Assembly (NCBI GenBank): GCA_035716165.1
Contig: DASTKA010000867.1
Span: 15,198 to 79,197, forward strand
Reading direction: 5' to 3'
From: Mycobacterium sp.
GTDB lineage: Bacteria; Actinomycetota; Actinomycetes; Mycobacteriales; Mycobacteriaceae
DNA length: 64,000 nucleotides
Shown: positions 8,963-18,119 of the stretch, in pieces
Position numbering within the stretch: position 1 is the first letter of the stretch
How the letters are laid out: every line of letters begins with the position of its first letter
Program-made: the position numbers and the translations under genes
The notes under the pieces: model-generated
What the model was told of the DNA's origin: nothing
Databases searched by the model: none
Seen by the model: only the letters and a program-made list of their open reading frames with translations

Positions 8963-9897
8963 GGAGCATCAGTGTCCGTCTTTCCGTCACTATCGCCTTC
9001 GTCGTCATCGGCGCGCTCGGCGTCGCCGGCGTGTTCGTCGCCCATCGCGAGGTCCAAGTGGTCCAGGAGCTGGTCCTGCGCGACGCCTCGTCGCTGGCCG
9101 TGGCGGGTGCCGCGGGATACTCGCGGATCCTCGACGATGCGGTCGACTCTGGGAAGCTCGCCATCGACGACATCACGCAGCCGAAGCTCGAGGAGATCAA
9201 GTACGCGTTCGACGTCAGCGACAAGCGGTACCGCTCGAAGCTGAGCGACTACACCGACTCGCACGGCGTCCAGGCGTTCGAGGACGCGCTTCTCGAGTCC
9301 TGCGACGGGTGCTTGTTCGCGTCGGGCATGCGGCGTGGCGGGTATGTGCCGACGACAAACGCGAAGCAAGATCTGGCGCCGACGGGCGACGTCGATCGCG
9401 ATCGGCGCGTCGCGCGCGGCAAGCGCGTCTACGACGGCGCCGAGCAACTCGCCGCGGCTGGATTTACCGGCGGCCAGAAGGCGCCGGTGCTGATCCAAAC
9501 CTACCCGCGCGACACTGGCGAGCTGGCGTGGGATGTCGCCGCGCCGATCTTCGTCCACGGCCAGCACTTCGGCGCGTTTCGGATCGGTGTGTCGCAGGAC
9601 CGCATCAACGCGCAGTGGGTCGACCTCTTGTGGCGGCTGTCGGTGTCGTTCGGGTTCGTCGCCGGCGTGACCGTGCTCGCGATCTTCCTGGCCACCCGGG
9701 CTCGGCTGCGGCGGCTCGTGACGCTGACCGCGGCGGCGAACCACATGAGCCAGAGCTACGAGGCCCTGGCAGAGGCGATCCCGGTCGACGACGGAACGGA
9801 GCTCGGGCTCCTCGCACGCGCGCTGAACCGACTGCGCGTGTCGCTCAAAGCGGCGATGGACTACGCGGACCGGCCGCGCACCAACAGGGAGGGATGA
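8959..9897 (+). CDS. TM-sensor-TM-HAMP protein (chemoreceptor-type sensor domain, no output domain)
   Basis: Two TM helices flank GYVPT.N...TGD...R.KR...QTYPRDTGE..WDVAAPIFVHGQHFGAFRIG; HAMP signature ELGLLARALNRL; stop follows shortly. Confidence 0.8.
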   Translation: MRSISVRLSVTIAFVVIGALGVAGVFVAHREVQVVQELVLRDASSLAVAGAAGYSRILDDAVDSGKLAIDDITQPKLEEIKYAFDVSDKRYRSKLSDYTDSHGVQAFEDALLESCDGCLFASGMRRGGYVPTTNAKQDLAPTGDVDRDRRVARGKRVYDGAEQLAAAGFTGGQKAPVLIQTYPRDTGELAWDVAAPIFVHGQHFGAFRIGVSQDRINAQWVDLLWRLSVSFGFVAGVTVLAIFLATRARLRRLVTLTAAANHMSQSYEALAEAIPVDDGTELGLLARALNRLRVSLKAAMDYADRPRTNREG

Positions 9898-10442
9898 CAA
9901 TGGCGAAGAGGAAGTGCAGGCACGGCCGAGTCGAGTACATCACGCGCGACGGCGCAAAATGGCTCACAGCCCACGAAGCGTTCGTGCACTACGGCATGGC
10001 GAGCGAGGCTGTCTCGGTTCGGTGTGCCTCGTGCGGCGCACAGTTATCGCTCGGATGGACGTCTGATCCAGTTGGCGACGATCTGACCCTATCCAACGCG
10101 ATTGCCGAGCATAATGGCCTACTGAACGATGAACAGGCGTGGAAGGGCGAAGGCTTCATCGAGTTCAGCACGTCGCACGACGACTCGTGGCCATGGGACC
10201 CGACGCGGCCGATCGCGGGCCAGTACGAGGAGTCGCTCATCGAGCGCGCTCGTGAGCGTCTCGGCGGCGGAATTCGCGGTATCGATGTCGAGATCGACGT
10301 AATCAGCGGTGACGAGCTCGAGCATGGCGTCAAGCTCGAGGTCACGACCGAGCCAGAACCCGAAGAAGGCGTCGCATTCGACGTCACGGCCGTCGCCGAA
10401 CCACCGTCGCTCGACGACCGCTTCGATGGCGGTGACTTGTGA
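9894..10442 (+). CDS. Hypothetical protein
   Basis: GGAGG SD, ATGA overlap. Confidence 0.65.
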   Translation: MTMAKRKCRHGRVEYITRDGAKWLTAHEAFVHYGMASEAVSVRCASCGAQLSLGWTSDPVGDDLTLSNAIAEHNGLLNDEQAWKGEGFIEFSTSHDDSWPWDPTRPIAGQYEESLIERARERLGGGIRGIDVEIDVISGDELEHGVKLEVTTEPEPEEGVAFDVTAVAEPPSLDDRFDGGDL

Positions 10443-10654
10443 CCACCACGCCGACAACCGTTCCCGTCGAGTGCTGCGCCGAATGCCCTTTCGGCCATGG
10501 GCCTGACGACGACGGCGATTCCTGGCTTTGCACCGAGGAGAGCGTCAACCACTCCGGCGTTCGGCCGCTTGAGCGCGACGCGTGGCGCGATCGGCCGCCG
10601 ACCTGGTGCCCGCTGCGCAAGGCGGATCGGCTTGTGACGCTGAGGGTGCCGTGA
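10439..10654 (+). CDS. Small Cys-rich protein (CxxCPF...PxWCPL)
   Basis: Common phage motif; GTGA overlaps. Confidence 0.7.
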   Translation: MTTTPTTVPVECCAECPFGHGPDDDGDSWLCTEESVNHSGVRPLERDAWRDRPPTWCPLRKADRLVTLRVP

Positions 10655-10884
10655 GCGGGCGCAGGCTGGACACTTCGGCCCCGCTGCCGAACCCAGTCGG
10701 CGAAACCAGGCGCGATCGCCACATCCGCATGCTCACGGACGCACGCGATCGGCTCGCTGCGGCGATGGTCCGGCGGGATGTCCGCCGCCGCGCTGCGCGT
10801 CCAGCCGAGCCCAGCGAGGTCTACTGCCGCCTCCACGGCCTTCCGTGGCGTAGCTGCGGATCGTGCTCGAAGGTGCGGCGGTGA
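10651..10884 (+). CDS. Hypothetical protein
   Basis: GTGA overlaps; C-terminal CxxH...CxxC. Confidence 0.6.
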   Translation: MSGRRLDTSAPLPNPVGETRRDRHIRMLTDARDRLAAAMVRRDVRRRAARPAEPSEVYCRLHGLPWRSCGSCSKVRR

Positions 10885-11381
10885 CGCTGACTGTCGTCAC
10901 CGCGGAGTGGCGCCGCGCCGTCGTTGAGCGGCTCGACGATCTCGGCATGTCGCGAAGCGCGCTGGCTCGGACGATCGAAACCAGCGTGACACAGGTGTGC
11001 GGACTGCTCTCCGGCAAAAGCGATCGCAGCGCCTTTGTCGAACGCATCAACGAGGTGCTCCGCATCACCACGGTGGATCTGGACACCGCCGAGTCGCGTT
11101 CTCCGCTCGCGCTCGTGCCCGATCCGGACATCGAGCGGATCGCCGAGCTTCGCGCCGCCAGCGACGAGATCGCGGCGGATATCCAGCGGCTCGAGGCGGC
11201 ACAAGCTGCGGTCGCCGATCGGCTGTCGGAAGCGCGGCAGGCCCACGCCGAGATGCAGGCTGAGATCCGACAGCGCCGCGCTCGTATCCATCCGACAGCC
11301 CTCGACGATGCGCGCCAGCTGCGCGAGCGCACCGATGCGTTGCGCGCGGACGCGGCACGGGCAATGGAAGAACGCGGATGA
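10881..11381 (+). CDS. XRE/Cro-like HTH protein with coiled-coil C-terminus
   Basis: LGMSRSALARTIETSVTQVCGLLSGK HTH pattern. Confidence 0.7.
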   Translation: MTLTVVTAEWRRAVVERLDDLGMSRSALARTIETSVTQVCGLLSGKSDRSAFVERINEVLRITTVDLDTAESRSPLALVPDPDIERIAELRAASDEIAADIQRLEAAQAAVADRLSEARQAHAEMQAEIRQRRARIHPTALDDARQLRERTDALRADAARAMEERG

Positions 11382-11812
11382 GCGACAAGCTGTACATCGA
11401 CGGACGCCTGGTAACCGAACGCAACGCGTCGCGGTTCGTGAAGGCGCGGCGACCGAACGCCACCGTGAGCCGACAGAGGACCAGTGGATGGCGCAGTCGC
11501 ACGTATCACATCGTACGCGACCGCTCTGCCGATACACCGAGGTGGTGCAATGCCGACGCGCCTACCGCCGGCGCCGCGTGGCTCAAGGTGGCCCGCCAGA
11601 TGATCGAGCACGACGCGCGCGTCACGGCGGAACGAAAGGCGATGGCACTCGCCGAACAGTCGCTTCTGACTGCTGACAATGATGCGGACCTGCGCGCTCT
11701 CGCTCTCCGCTACGCCGCCGTTCGCCTAGAGCAGGATCGGAACCTCGCCCCGTTCGCGAACCGGATGGACTGCATCGAGGCATTGCGGACGATGGCGGAG
11801 GCCAAGTCGTGA
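11378..11812 (+). CDS. Hypothetical protein
   Basis: Coupled ORF. Confidence 0.65.
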   Translation: MSDKLYIDGRLVTERNASRFVKARRPNATVSRQRTSGWRSRTYHIVRDRSADTPRWCNADAPTAGAAWLKVARQMIEHDARVTAERKAMALAEQSLLTADNDADLRALALRYAAVRLEQDRNLAPFANRMDCIEALRTMAEAKS

Positions 11813-12159
11813 ACCTCGTCACCTGCATCGAGTACGATCTGCCGCTCGACGATCAGAGCGTCTGGCATCGCTGCGAGATCGAGCGCCAGCCGGTGCGGCG
11901 CGTTCGATACGAGACCGACTACGACCTGACCGCGATCCTTGGCAACCTGTCCGTTGTCGGCGCGCTTGCGGCCGCGCGGCAACTCGTTCCGGTCCCGGCG
12001 CTCCCCGATGATGCCCATCCGCTGCTGCACTGGTACGCGCGGCGCGCCGAGGAGATGGAGGCTGCGATTCTGCGCGCAATCGAGAGCCGCGCCGCGCTGA
12101 TCTCCGATCTGAAGGCGAAGATTGTCGAATGGGGACAGCGGCCGAGAGGTGATGCGTGA
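11809..12159 (+). CDS. Hypothetical protein
   Basis: GGAGG SD, coupled ORF. Confidence 0.6.
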   Translation: MNLVTCIEYDLPLDDQSVWHRCEIERQPVRRVRYETDYDLTAILGNLSVVGALAAARQLVPVPALPDDAHPLLHWYARRAEEMEAAILRAIESRAALISDLKAKIVEWGQRPRGDA

Positions 12160-12671
12160 CGCCGCGCTTCACCATCGCCGACGTCGATCGACTCGGCCTG
12201 AACTGCGGCCCGACGGCATTTGCCGCGATCCTCGGCCTCACGCTTGACGAGGCGCGTCCGCACTTCGGAGATGACTGGCCTGGCTACACGAACCCGACGT
12301 GCATGTTTGTGGCGTTGGCCAGTGCCATTGGTCCACGTGGCAAGCGTTGGCGCATCGCCGCCGGACCGAAGCAACTCGGCGCTGGCGTCTCATGGCCGAG
12401 TTGGGGCCTCTGTCGTATCCAGTGGCACGGCCGGTGGATGGCGCCCGGCGTGCCAATCGCGGCGCGCTACCGCCAGACGCACTGGGTCGGCTGCTGCACG
12501 GATCCGGCGCGCGGCGTCGGGATCTGGGACGTCAACGCGCTCAACAACAGCACCGGCTGGTGCGCGCTCGCCGACTGGGAGCGTGTGCTCGTGCCGCACC
12601 TGACTGCGGAGATCAAGGGCGCCGACGACGGCTGGAGCATCACGCACGCTGTCGAGGTCCAACGGCCATGA
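12156..12671 (+). CDS. Conserved phage hypothetical protein (NCGP...HWV; possibly papain-like fold)
   Basis: NCGPTAFAA and THWVG...IWDVN motifs; coupled ORF. Confidence 0.65.
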   Translation: MTPRFTIADVDRLGLNCGPTAFAAILGLTLDEARPHFGDDWPGYTNPTCMFVALASAIGPRGKRWRIAAGPKQLGAGVSWPSWGLCRIQWHGRWMAPGVPIAARYRQTHWVGCCTDPARGVGIWDVNALNNSTGWCALADWERVLVPHLTAEIKGADDGWSITHAVEVQRP

Positions 12672-12808
12672 AGTTCGACCCCTGGTCCTGGCTCTCGCTG
12701 CTGGTCGCCGCGCACGGCTGGACCGTAGGCACGGAAGCGCGGCTCGACGAGCTCACAGCGCAGCTGGCGACGGCGCTGGCAACGCGCCTCGCCGGAGAAC
12801 AGCCATGA
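12668..12808 (+). CDS. Small hypothetical protein
   Basis: ATGA overlaps at both ends. Confidence 0.5.
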   Translation: MKFDPWSWLSLLVAAHGWTVGTEARLDELTAQLATALATRLAGEQP

Positions 12809-12984
12809 AGTGCGCCAAAGGGTGGCGCTGCTGGCAGTCGACCTGTGCGACGTGCAACCGCCTGCGCCGGCTCGCGATGGATCCAGTCGGCGTCGAGCGC
12901 GGCCGGCAGGCGGTCGAGCGCGTCGAGTCGGAGCGCCGCGTGATCGAGGTCGAGCGCGAAGTCGACGAGGAAGGGTGGAACTGA
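12805..12984 (+). CDS. Small Cys-containing hypothetical protein (59 aa, not in ORF track)
   Basis: MKCAKGWRCWQSTCATCNR...; GGAG SD; overlaps both neighbours. Confidence 0.55.
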   Translation: MKCAKGWRCWQSTCATCNRLRRLAMDPVGVERGRQAVERVESERRVIEVEREVDEEGWN

Positions 12985-13151
12985 TGTTCGCAGAGCACTC
13001 CAGCGATCAGCTACTCGAACTCGTGCTGCAGCTCGTCTCGAGGCTGGATCGTCTCGGTCTGGATGGCGAGGTGCGCGTCGTCGTGCATTTGAGTGGCGGC
13101 ACGGTGGAGTTGTCCGGCAAGAGCAAGCGAGCCGCGGAGCGTGGATCATGA
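12984..13151 (+). CDS. Small hypothetical protein
   Basis: TGATG coupling. Confidence 0.5.
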   Translation: MFAEHSSDQLLELVLQLVSRLDRLGLDGEVRVVVHLSGGTVELSGKSKRAAERGS

Positions 13152-13321
13152 CCGCCATCATCGCATCGCTCCTGTGCTCGGCTGGCTATGCAGCCATGAT
13201 CCGCCGAAGCATGCGCAACGGCCGATGCTTCGACGGCGACGCTGCGCCGTATCCGCGCGTCACGTGGCAGGATCGGATGTGGGATGCGGCGAGGGAGTTG
13301 GAGAGGGAGACGGGGAGGTGA
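13148..13321 (+). CDS. Small hypothetical protein (57 aa, not in ORF track)
   Basis: ATGA and GTGA overlaps fill the gap exactly. Confidence 0.45.
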   Translation: MTAIIASLLCSAGYAAMIRRSMRNGRCFDGDAAPYPRVTWQDRMWDAARELERETGR

Positions 13322-13509
13322 GCGAGACGAGATGCGAGAGCTGCGGCAGCCCGGTTGAGATCCTCCAGATCGACGATACCGAAGAAACGGTCATGGTCAG
13401 CGGCAAGGCGATCTATGTGGCGATCCGCGTCCCCGACTGCCAAGGCGTGACCACGACGTTCGCACGCAAGGTGCATCGCTGCCGGAACTACACGAGGAGG
13501 CCGAGATGA
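13318..13509 (+). CDS. Small zinc-ribbon-like protein
   Basis: GGAGG SD; CESCG...HRC. Confidence 0.55.
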   Translation: MSETRCESCGSPVEILQIDDTEETVMVSGKAIYVAIRVPDCQGVTTTFARKVHRCRNYTRRPR

Positions 13510-14102
13510 CCTCCGATCAACGCTTCCTCTCCTACCGCGAGGCGTCGCGCTACCTGTCGATCCCGATCGGCACGCTGCGATCGATGGTCAGCCGGAAACA
13601 GGTGCCGCATGTCCGGATGGGCTCCAAGCTGGTCAAGTTCGAGCTCGCCGACCTAGATCGCTGGCTAGATGTGCGTACGCGGTCTGCCGAGTTGGTTCAT
13701 GGTCCGGTTCATAGCGATGCGCATCCATCCTCACTGGCGCACGAGGCAGCGATCGGCAGGATAGTTCCCAATTGGGAACGCATCGGATTCTGGGGCGCCA
13801 TGGCCGAACGCGTCGGAATCTACGACCAATCGATCATTCCAGACGCGTTCGAGTTCGACGCCGAAGCGCGTTGCCTGTCGCTCTTTGAGCTCGTCCATAC
13901 CAACGACATCAAGCCGTGCAAGTTGATTGCGATCCGCGAACTGCATGAGAAGCTAGTAGCGGTCGGGTGGTCGCTGCGGTTGCTAGCTGCCAGCTCCAGG
14001 AGTTGCGAAGCGAGCGAGCTTGACGTTGATACCGGAGGCTTGGCGGAATCAGAGCTTGAGCTTGAAATCAAGCGCAACCACGTGAGGTTCGCGCTCCCGT
14101 GA
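13506..14102 (+). CDS. Excisionase-like HTH protein with C-terminal extra domain
   Basis: LSYREASRYLSIPIGTLRSMVSRKQVPHVRMGSKLVKF is a MerR/Xis-type HTH; lies upstream of integrase. Confidence 0.75.
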   Translation: MTSDQRFLSYREASRYLSIPIGTLRSMVSRKQVPHVRMGSKLVKFELADLDRWLDVRTRSAELVHGPVHSDAHPSSLAHEAAIGRIVPNWERIGFWGAMAERVGIYDQSIIPDAFEFDAEARCLSLFELVHTNDIKPCKLIAIRELHEKLVAVGWSLRLLAASSRSCEASELDVDTGGLAESELELEIKRNHVRFALP

Positions 14103-14383
14103 GCATCCGCCTGCATCCCGATGACATCGCAGCAATCGCTGATGCGGTTGCGGAACGGTTGCGATCCGAGGGAGCCTCCGTGCCTGGCAGCAGGTCTGGT
14201 GGCGAGGAGCCACCATGCGACGGAGATACAATGGACCGTACAGACACGGAAAACAGTGGCGAGTCGCTGTCATTACAACGAGCGAAGGAGAGAGGTCGAC
14301 GGAGTATGAGACGTTTCCTACGCGAACAGAAGCAGAGGGGTTCATCGACGGCGCACGAGACGAGGGCCAGGGGTTCACGGTGA
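14099..14383 (+). CDS. Small protein overlapping the integrase 5' end
   Basis: GTGA-coupled start; DDIAAIADAVAERL helix; different frame from int. Confidence 0.5.
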   Translation: MSIRLHPDDIAAIADAVAERLRSEGASVPGSRSGGEEPPCDGDTMDRTDTENSGESLSLQRAKERGRRSMRRFLREQKQRGSSTAHETRARGSR

Positions 14384-15276
14384 AAGACGCCGTGGATGCG
14401 TTCCTCGACAGCTGTCGGCAGCAAGAGCTGTCCCCGCGGTCGCTGCTTGCGTACGAAGATCGCGCCCAGTTGATCGTCGGCCCAGCGATGAAGCGACCGA
14501 TCCGCCACCTCCTGGGACGCGGCGCCGAGTTGTACGCAGCGGCGCAGGTCTATCCGGCTGGGCACCGACTTGCAGGCAAGAGACGCAGCGCAGACACCCA
14601 TCGCAACGCACTGACCGTTGGCAGAATGATCGGCGATCTATGCGTCAAACGCGGATGGCTCAAGATCAACCCGTTTGTCGATGTCGAGCCCGTTGGCGCG
14701 CGGCGTCATGGAGCCGACAAGATCCACCTGACCCTCGACGAGGTGCGCAAGCTCGAGGCGTGGTGCCTTGAACATGCCAGCGAGCTGCGCTCGACGTTAA
14801 CGATGGCGTACATGTTCCTCGGATGCCGCACGAGCGAAATCACGAGCCGAAACGTGCGAGACGTTGACGACGGCGGTCGACTGCTGTGGATCCGGGACAC
14901 GAAAAGTGCAGCGGGAACGCGACGACTGGTCGTTCCGGACGTGTTGGCCCCGATGCTTGTCGCAGTGTGCGCCGGCCGGCCGGCGGATGCACCGCTGTTT
15001 CTTGGCGTCGAGGGCGCCCGGCTCTCCCTGGGGATCGCGACGCGCCTCGTGCGCAGCGTGTGCGTCGCGGCCGAGGTCCCAGAGGTGACGCCCCAGGCGC
15101 TGCGCCGGACCCTGGCCACGTTGGCCACAGATGCCGGAGTCGCCGGCCTGGCGCTCGCCGCGAGCCTCGGTCATGCGTCACCGGACATCACGAACGAGGC
15201 GTACATCGCGCGCGGCGGCGCTGCAGCGGCTGCCGCGGCACGCGGCATTCGCGTGATCCAGGGCGGACGTAAGTAG
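14215..15276 (+). CDS. int: Tyrosine recombinase / phage integrase
   Basis: GCRTSE (R), TKS (K), QALRR, LGH, EAY (Y) catalytic motifs; GAGGAG SD; N-terminal arm-binding-like region. Confidence 0.9.
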   Translation: MRRRYNGPYRHGKQWRVAVITTSEGERSTEYETFPTRTEAEGFIDGARDEGQGFTVKDAVDAFLDSCRQQELSPRSLLAYEDRAQLIVGPAMKRPIRHLLGRGAELYAAAQVYPAGHRLAGKRRSADTHRNALTVGRMIGDLCVKRGWLKINPFVDVEPVGARRHGADKIHLTLDEVRKLEAWCLEHASELRSTLTMAYMFLGCRTSEITSRNVRDVDDGGRLLWIRDTKSAAGTRRLVVPDVLAPMLVAVCAGRPADAPLFLGVEGARLSLGIATRLVRSVCVAAEVPEVTPQALRRTLATLATDAGVAGLALAASLGHASPDITNEAYIARGGAAAAAAARGIRVIQGGRK

Positions 15277-15560
15277 CTGAAGTTGGAAACCACGCTGGGA
15301 ACCATTGGGATCGAACGTGAGACAGCGATGTTTTTCTCGACGACGAACCCGTGCGTGCCCACGTTGCTGAAGAACCTGCAGTTCTCGAACTCGCGACGAC
15401 GCACCATGCCAAACAGTTTCCATCAGACCTCTGACAGCGTCGAGCGCGAATCTGGGAACCCGAAGATCCGCCAAGAACATCATCGAGTACTTACCCGACC
15501 GACCGTCGAAGATCCGCGGTCGGAGCGAGGCGTCTACCCGATATCTACCCAAGGAGAACG
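15277..15560. other. Candidate attP / regulatory intergenic region
   Basis: Directly downstream of int; imperfect repeats TTGGAAACCA, CTGGGAACCA, CTGGGAACCC, an inverted GTTTCCA, and three YTACCC boxes. Confidence 0.4.
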
Positions 15561-15597
15561 ATGAGCACGAATGGAGACATGAGCGTGGAGGGCAACG

Positions 15598-17682
15598 ATG
15601 ACCACCAGTGAGTTCCCTATCTTCGCGAGGACCGTTGCCGAGTCCTTCCAGTCCATCACCAAGGCCCCGCAGGTCTTCGTCACCGGCGTGGATGGCGACG
15701 CGCTGTACCAGCTCTACCTGGCCGCGTTTCCCGAGGGCACGAATCCGATCTTCAGAAAGGCGACCGAGCACGAATGCTCGTGCTGCCGGAACTTCATCCG
15801 TCGCGCCGGCAACGTCGTCTCTGTCGGCGATCAGAGCGTCGTTCGCACGATCTGGGACGAGGCCGCGGATCGCACGCCCGGGCCGTACAACGTCGTCGCC
15901 GCGGCACTACGCGATGCCGTGCTCGCCTATGACATCTCCGACCTCTATCGGGTCAGCGAAAAGGAGAGCAGCTTCGGCGCAGCCGCCACGCGGTCGCTCG
16001 ACTCCGACGGCAAGGCGCTGACCTGGAACCACCTCTACACGGGCGCGATCACCAGGACGCTGCAGGCCGCGTCACCAGACCAGGCGCGCGGCGACTACCG
16101 CACCACGGTTCAGGTCTTCACGCGGGGGCTTGTCGAGCTGGTGCCGTCTGCGCTGGACACGGTGCTCGCGCTCATCGAGGCCAACAACCTGTATCGGGGC
16201 GCCGAGCATAAGGCGGCGGTCGTGCAGTTCATGGCGGCGCAGGGGGCGTTCCGTACGCTTGGCCAGCGCGAGCAGAGTGTCTTCGCGTGGACCCACGCCA
16301 CCGGCCCGGCGTCGCGCTTTCGCAACACGGTGATCGGCACGCTCGTGCAGGATCTCAGCGAGGGCATGGACGTCGAGCGCGCGGTGGCAAGCTTCGAACA
16401 GAAGATCGCGCCGACCAACTACAAGCGCACCACCGCCGTGATCACGCCGGCCATGGTGAAGGGCGCGATGAAGACCATCGAGGAGCTCGGGCTCGAGCCA
16501 GCGCTGGAGCGTCGCTTCGCCACCATCACGGACATTTCGGTCAACGACGTGTTGTGGGTCGACGGCAGAGTCCGGCCCGCAATGAAGGGCGCGATCGCGG
16601 ACACCCTCATGCAGGTGGCAACGACGGCGAATCCGCAGAACACGAAGAAGGATGAAGAGCGCGCCGAGGACATTGGGCTCGATGCCTTCGTCGAGCGTGT
16701 ACTGCCCGAGGCGACGAGCGTGGAAGTCCTGCTCAAGGGCGAGCATCTCGGAAACCTGATGTCGCTGACCGCGCCGGTGCACCCGGAGCCGCGGCAGCTG
16801 TTTCGATGGGCCAACGACTTCGCGTGGTCGTACGCGGGGAACGTCGCCGACAGCATCGCCGATCGCGTAAAGAAGGCCGGCGGCAAGGTCGACGGCGCGA
16901 CACTGCGGGTCTCGCTGTCGTGGTTCAACTACGACGATCTCGACCTGCACATCTACGAGCCTACCGGGCGCGGCGTCGGCGGCGTGCTGGGCCACATCTA
17001 CTACGGCAACAAGCAGGGCTGGACCGGCGGCCGGTTGGATGTCGACATGAACGCTGGCGGCAACCGCCAGTCGCGCGATCCCGTCGAGAACGTCGTGTGG
17101 ACGGACAAGATGCCGAGCGGCGCCTACAAGGTCGTCGTCAACAACTACGTCAAGGTCGAGTCCAGCGACGTCGGGTTCGTCGTCGAGATCGAGTGCGGCG
17201 GCAAGCTGTCGCACTTCTCATACAACAAGTCGGTCCGAGACAAGCAGGATATCCACGTCGTCACCATGCACATGAAGGATGGCGCGATCGATCGCATCGA
17301 GGCCGGAGATCCGGCCATCACCGCGTCGAACATCTCGCAGACCAAGTGGGGGCTGTCGACCGAGCAGTACGTCAAGGTTGACGCCGTGATGCTCTCCCCG
17401 AACTACTGGGGCGACAACGCCGTGGGCAACAAGCACACGTTCTTCGTCCTGCACGGTGCCAGGAACGACGAGCCCACGCGCGGCATATACAACGAGTTCC
17501 TGCACCCGCGTCTCGAGCAACACCGCAAGGTGTTCGAAGTCATCGGCGACAAGACCAAGTGCCAGCCCACGGACGGCCAGCTCTCCGGCCTCGGCTTCTC
17601 ATCGACCAAGCGCACGAAGTTTCTCGCCCGCGTCCAACAGGGCAAGCGTCGGCGCCTGTTCAACATTCACGTCGGCTCCTGA
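15598..17682 (+). CDS. Large conserved phage protein with DUF2135/YfaP-like C-terminal region
   Basis: HECSCCRNFI; LRVSLSW...DLDLH...GGRLDVD...PVENVVW; strong codon bias. Confidence 0.85.
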   Translation: MTTSEFPIFARTVAESFQSITKAPQVFVTGVDGDALYQLYLAAFPEGTNPIFRKATEHECSCCRNFIRRAGNVVSVGDQSVVRTIWDEAADRTPGPYNVVAAALRDAVLAYDISDLYRVSEKESSFGAAATRSLDSDGKALTWNHLYTGAITRTLQAASPDQARGDYRTTVQVFTRGLVELVPSALDTVLALIEANNLYRGAEHKAAVVQFMAAQGAFRTLGQREQSVFAWTHATGPASRFRNTVIGTLVQDLSEGMDVERAVASFEQKIAPTNYKRTTAVITPAMVKGAMKTIEELGLEPALERRFATITDISVNDVLWVDGRVRPAMKGAIADTLMQVATTANPQNTKKDEERAEDIGLDAFVERVLPEATSVEVLLKGEHLGNLMSLTAPVHPEPRQLFRWANDFAWSYAGNVADSIADRVKKAGGKVDGATLRVSLSWFNYDDLDLHIYEPTGRGVGGVLGHIYYGNKQGWTGGRLDVDMNAGGNRQSRDPVENVVWTDKMPSGAYKVVVNNYVKVESSDVGFVVEIECGGKLSHFSYNKSVRDKQDIHVVTMHMKDGAIDRIEAGDPAITASNISQTKWGLSTEQYVKVDAVMLSPNYWGDNAVGNKHTFFVLHGARNDEPTRGIYNEFLHPRLEQHRKVFEVIGDKTKCQPTDGQLSGLGFSSTKRTKFLARVQQGKRRRLFNIHVGS

Positions 17683-17711
17683 TCAACGACCGTCACAAGA
17701 AAGACACGACC

Positions 17712-18116
17712 ATGCAGAACATCTTCGAGTACGCGACCCGCAACAAGCTCCGTTTCGCATCTCACCGCGGTGAGCTGTCCGTCGAGCAACTCTGGGACGT
17801 CCCGCTCCGCTCACGAGACGACTTCAACCTCAACACCATCGCCAGACTGGCGAACATCGCACTCAAGGCGATCTCCGAAGAGAATTTCGTGGAGACGGCC
17901 AAGACGCCAGAGCATGCTCGCCGCGAGGCGGCGCTCGACGTCGTCAAGTACATCATCGATGCCAAGATCGCCGAGGAGAAGGCCGCCGCTGCCCGCGCAG
18001 AAAAGAAGCTGGAGAAGGAGAAGCTCCTGAAGATCCTTGCCGAGAAGCAGGACGGCAAGCTGAGCGAGCTGTCCGAGAAGGAGCTGCAGAAGCGGATCGC
18101 GGCGCTGGAGGAGTAG
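17712..18116 (+). CDS. Conserved coiled-coil phage protein, partner of the upstream large gene
   Basis: FEYATRNKLRF...LSVEQLWDVPL...K/E-rich helix. Confidence 0.8.
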   Translation: MQNIFEYATRNKLRFASHRGELSVEQLWDVPLRSRDDFNLNTIARLANIALKAISEENFVETAKTPEHARREAALDVVKYIIDAKIAEEKAAAARAEKKLEKEKLLKILAEKQDGKLSELSEKELQKRIAALEE

Positions 18117-18119
18117 CGC

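Noticed and set aside
14215-15560. tRNA 3'-end att core within or after int, as in Mx8
   Set aside because: No recognisable GTTCGA.TC T-arm/acceptor segment found by eye; the att core remains unidentified.
15283-15564. 93-aa ORF after the integrase
   Set aside because: TTG start without SD, unprotein-like composition, and it covers repeat-rich att/regulatory DNA; treated as non-coding.
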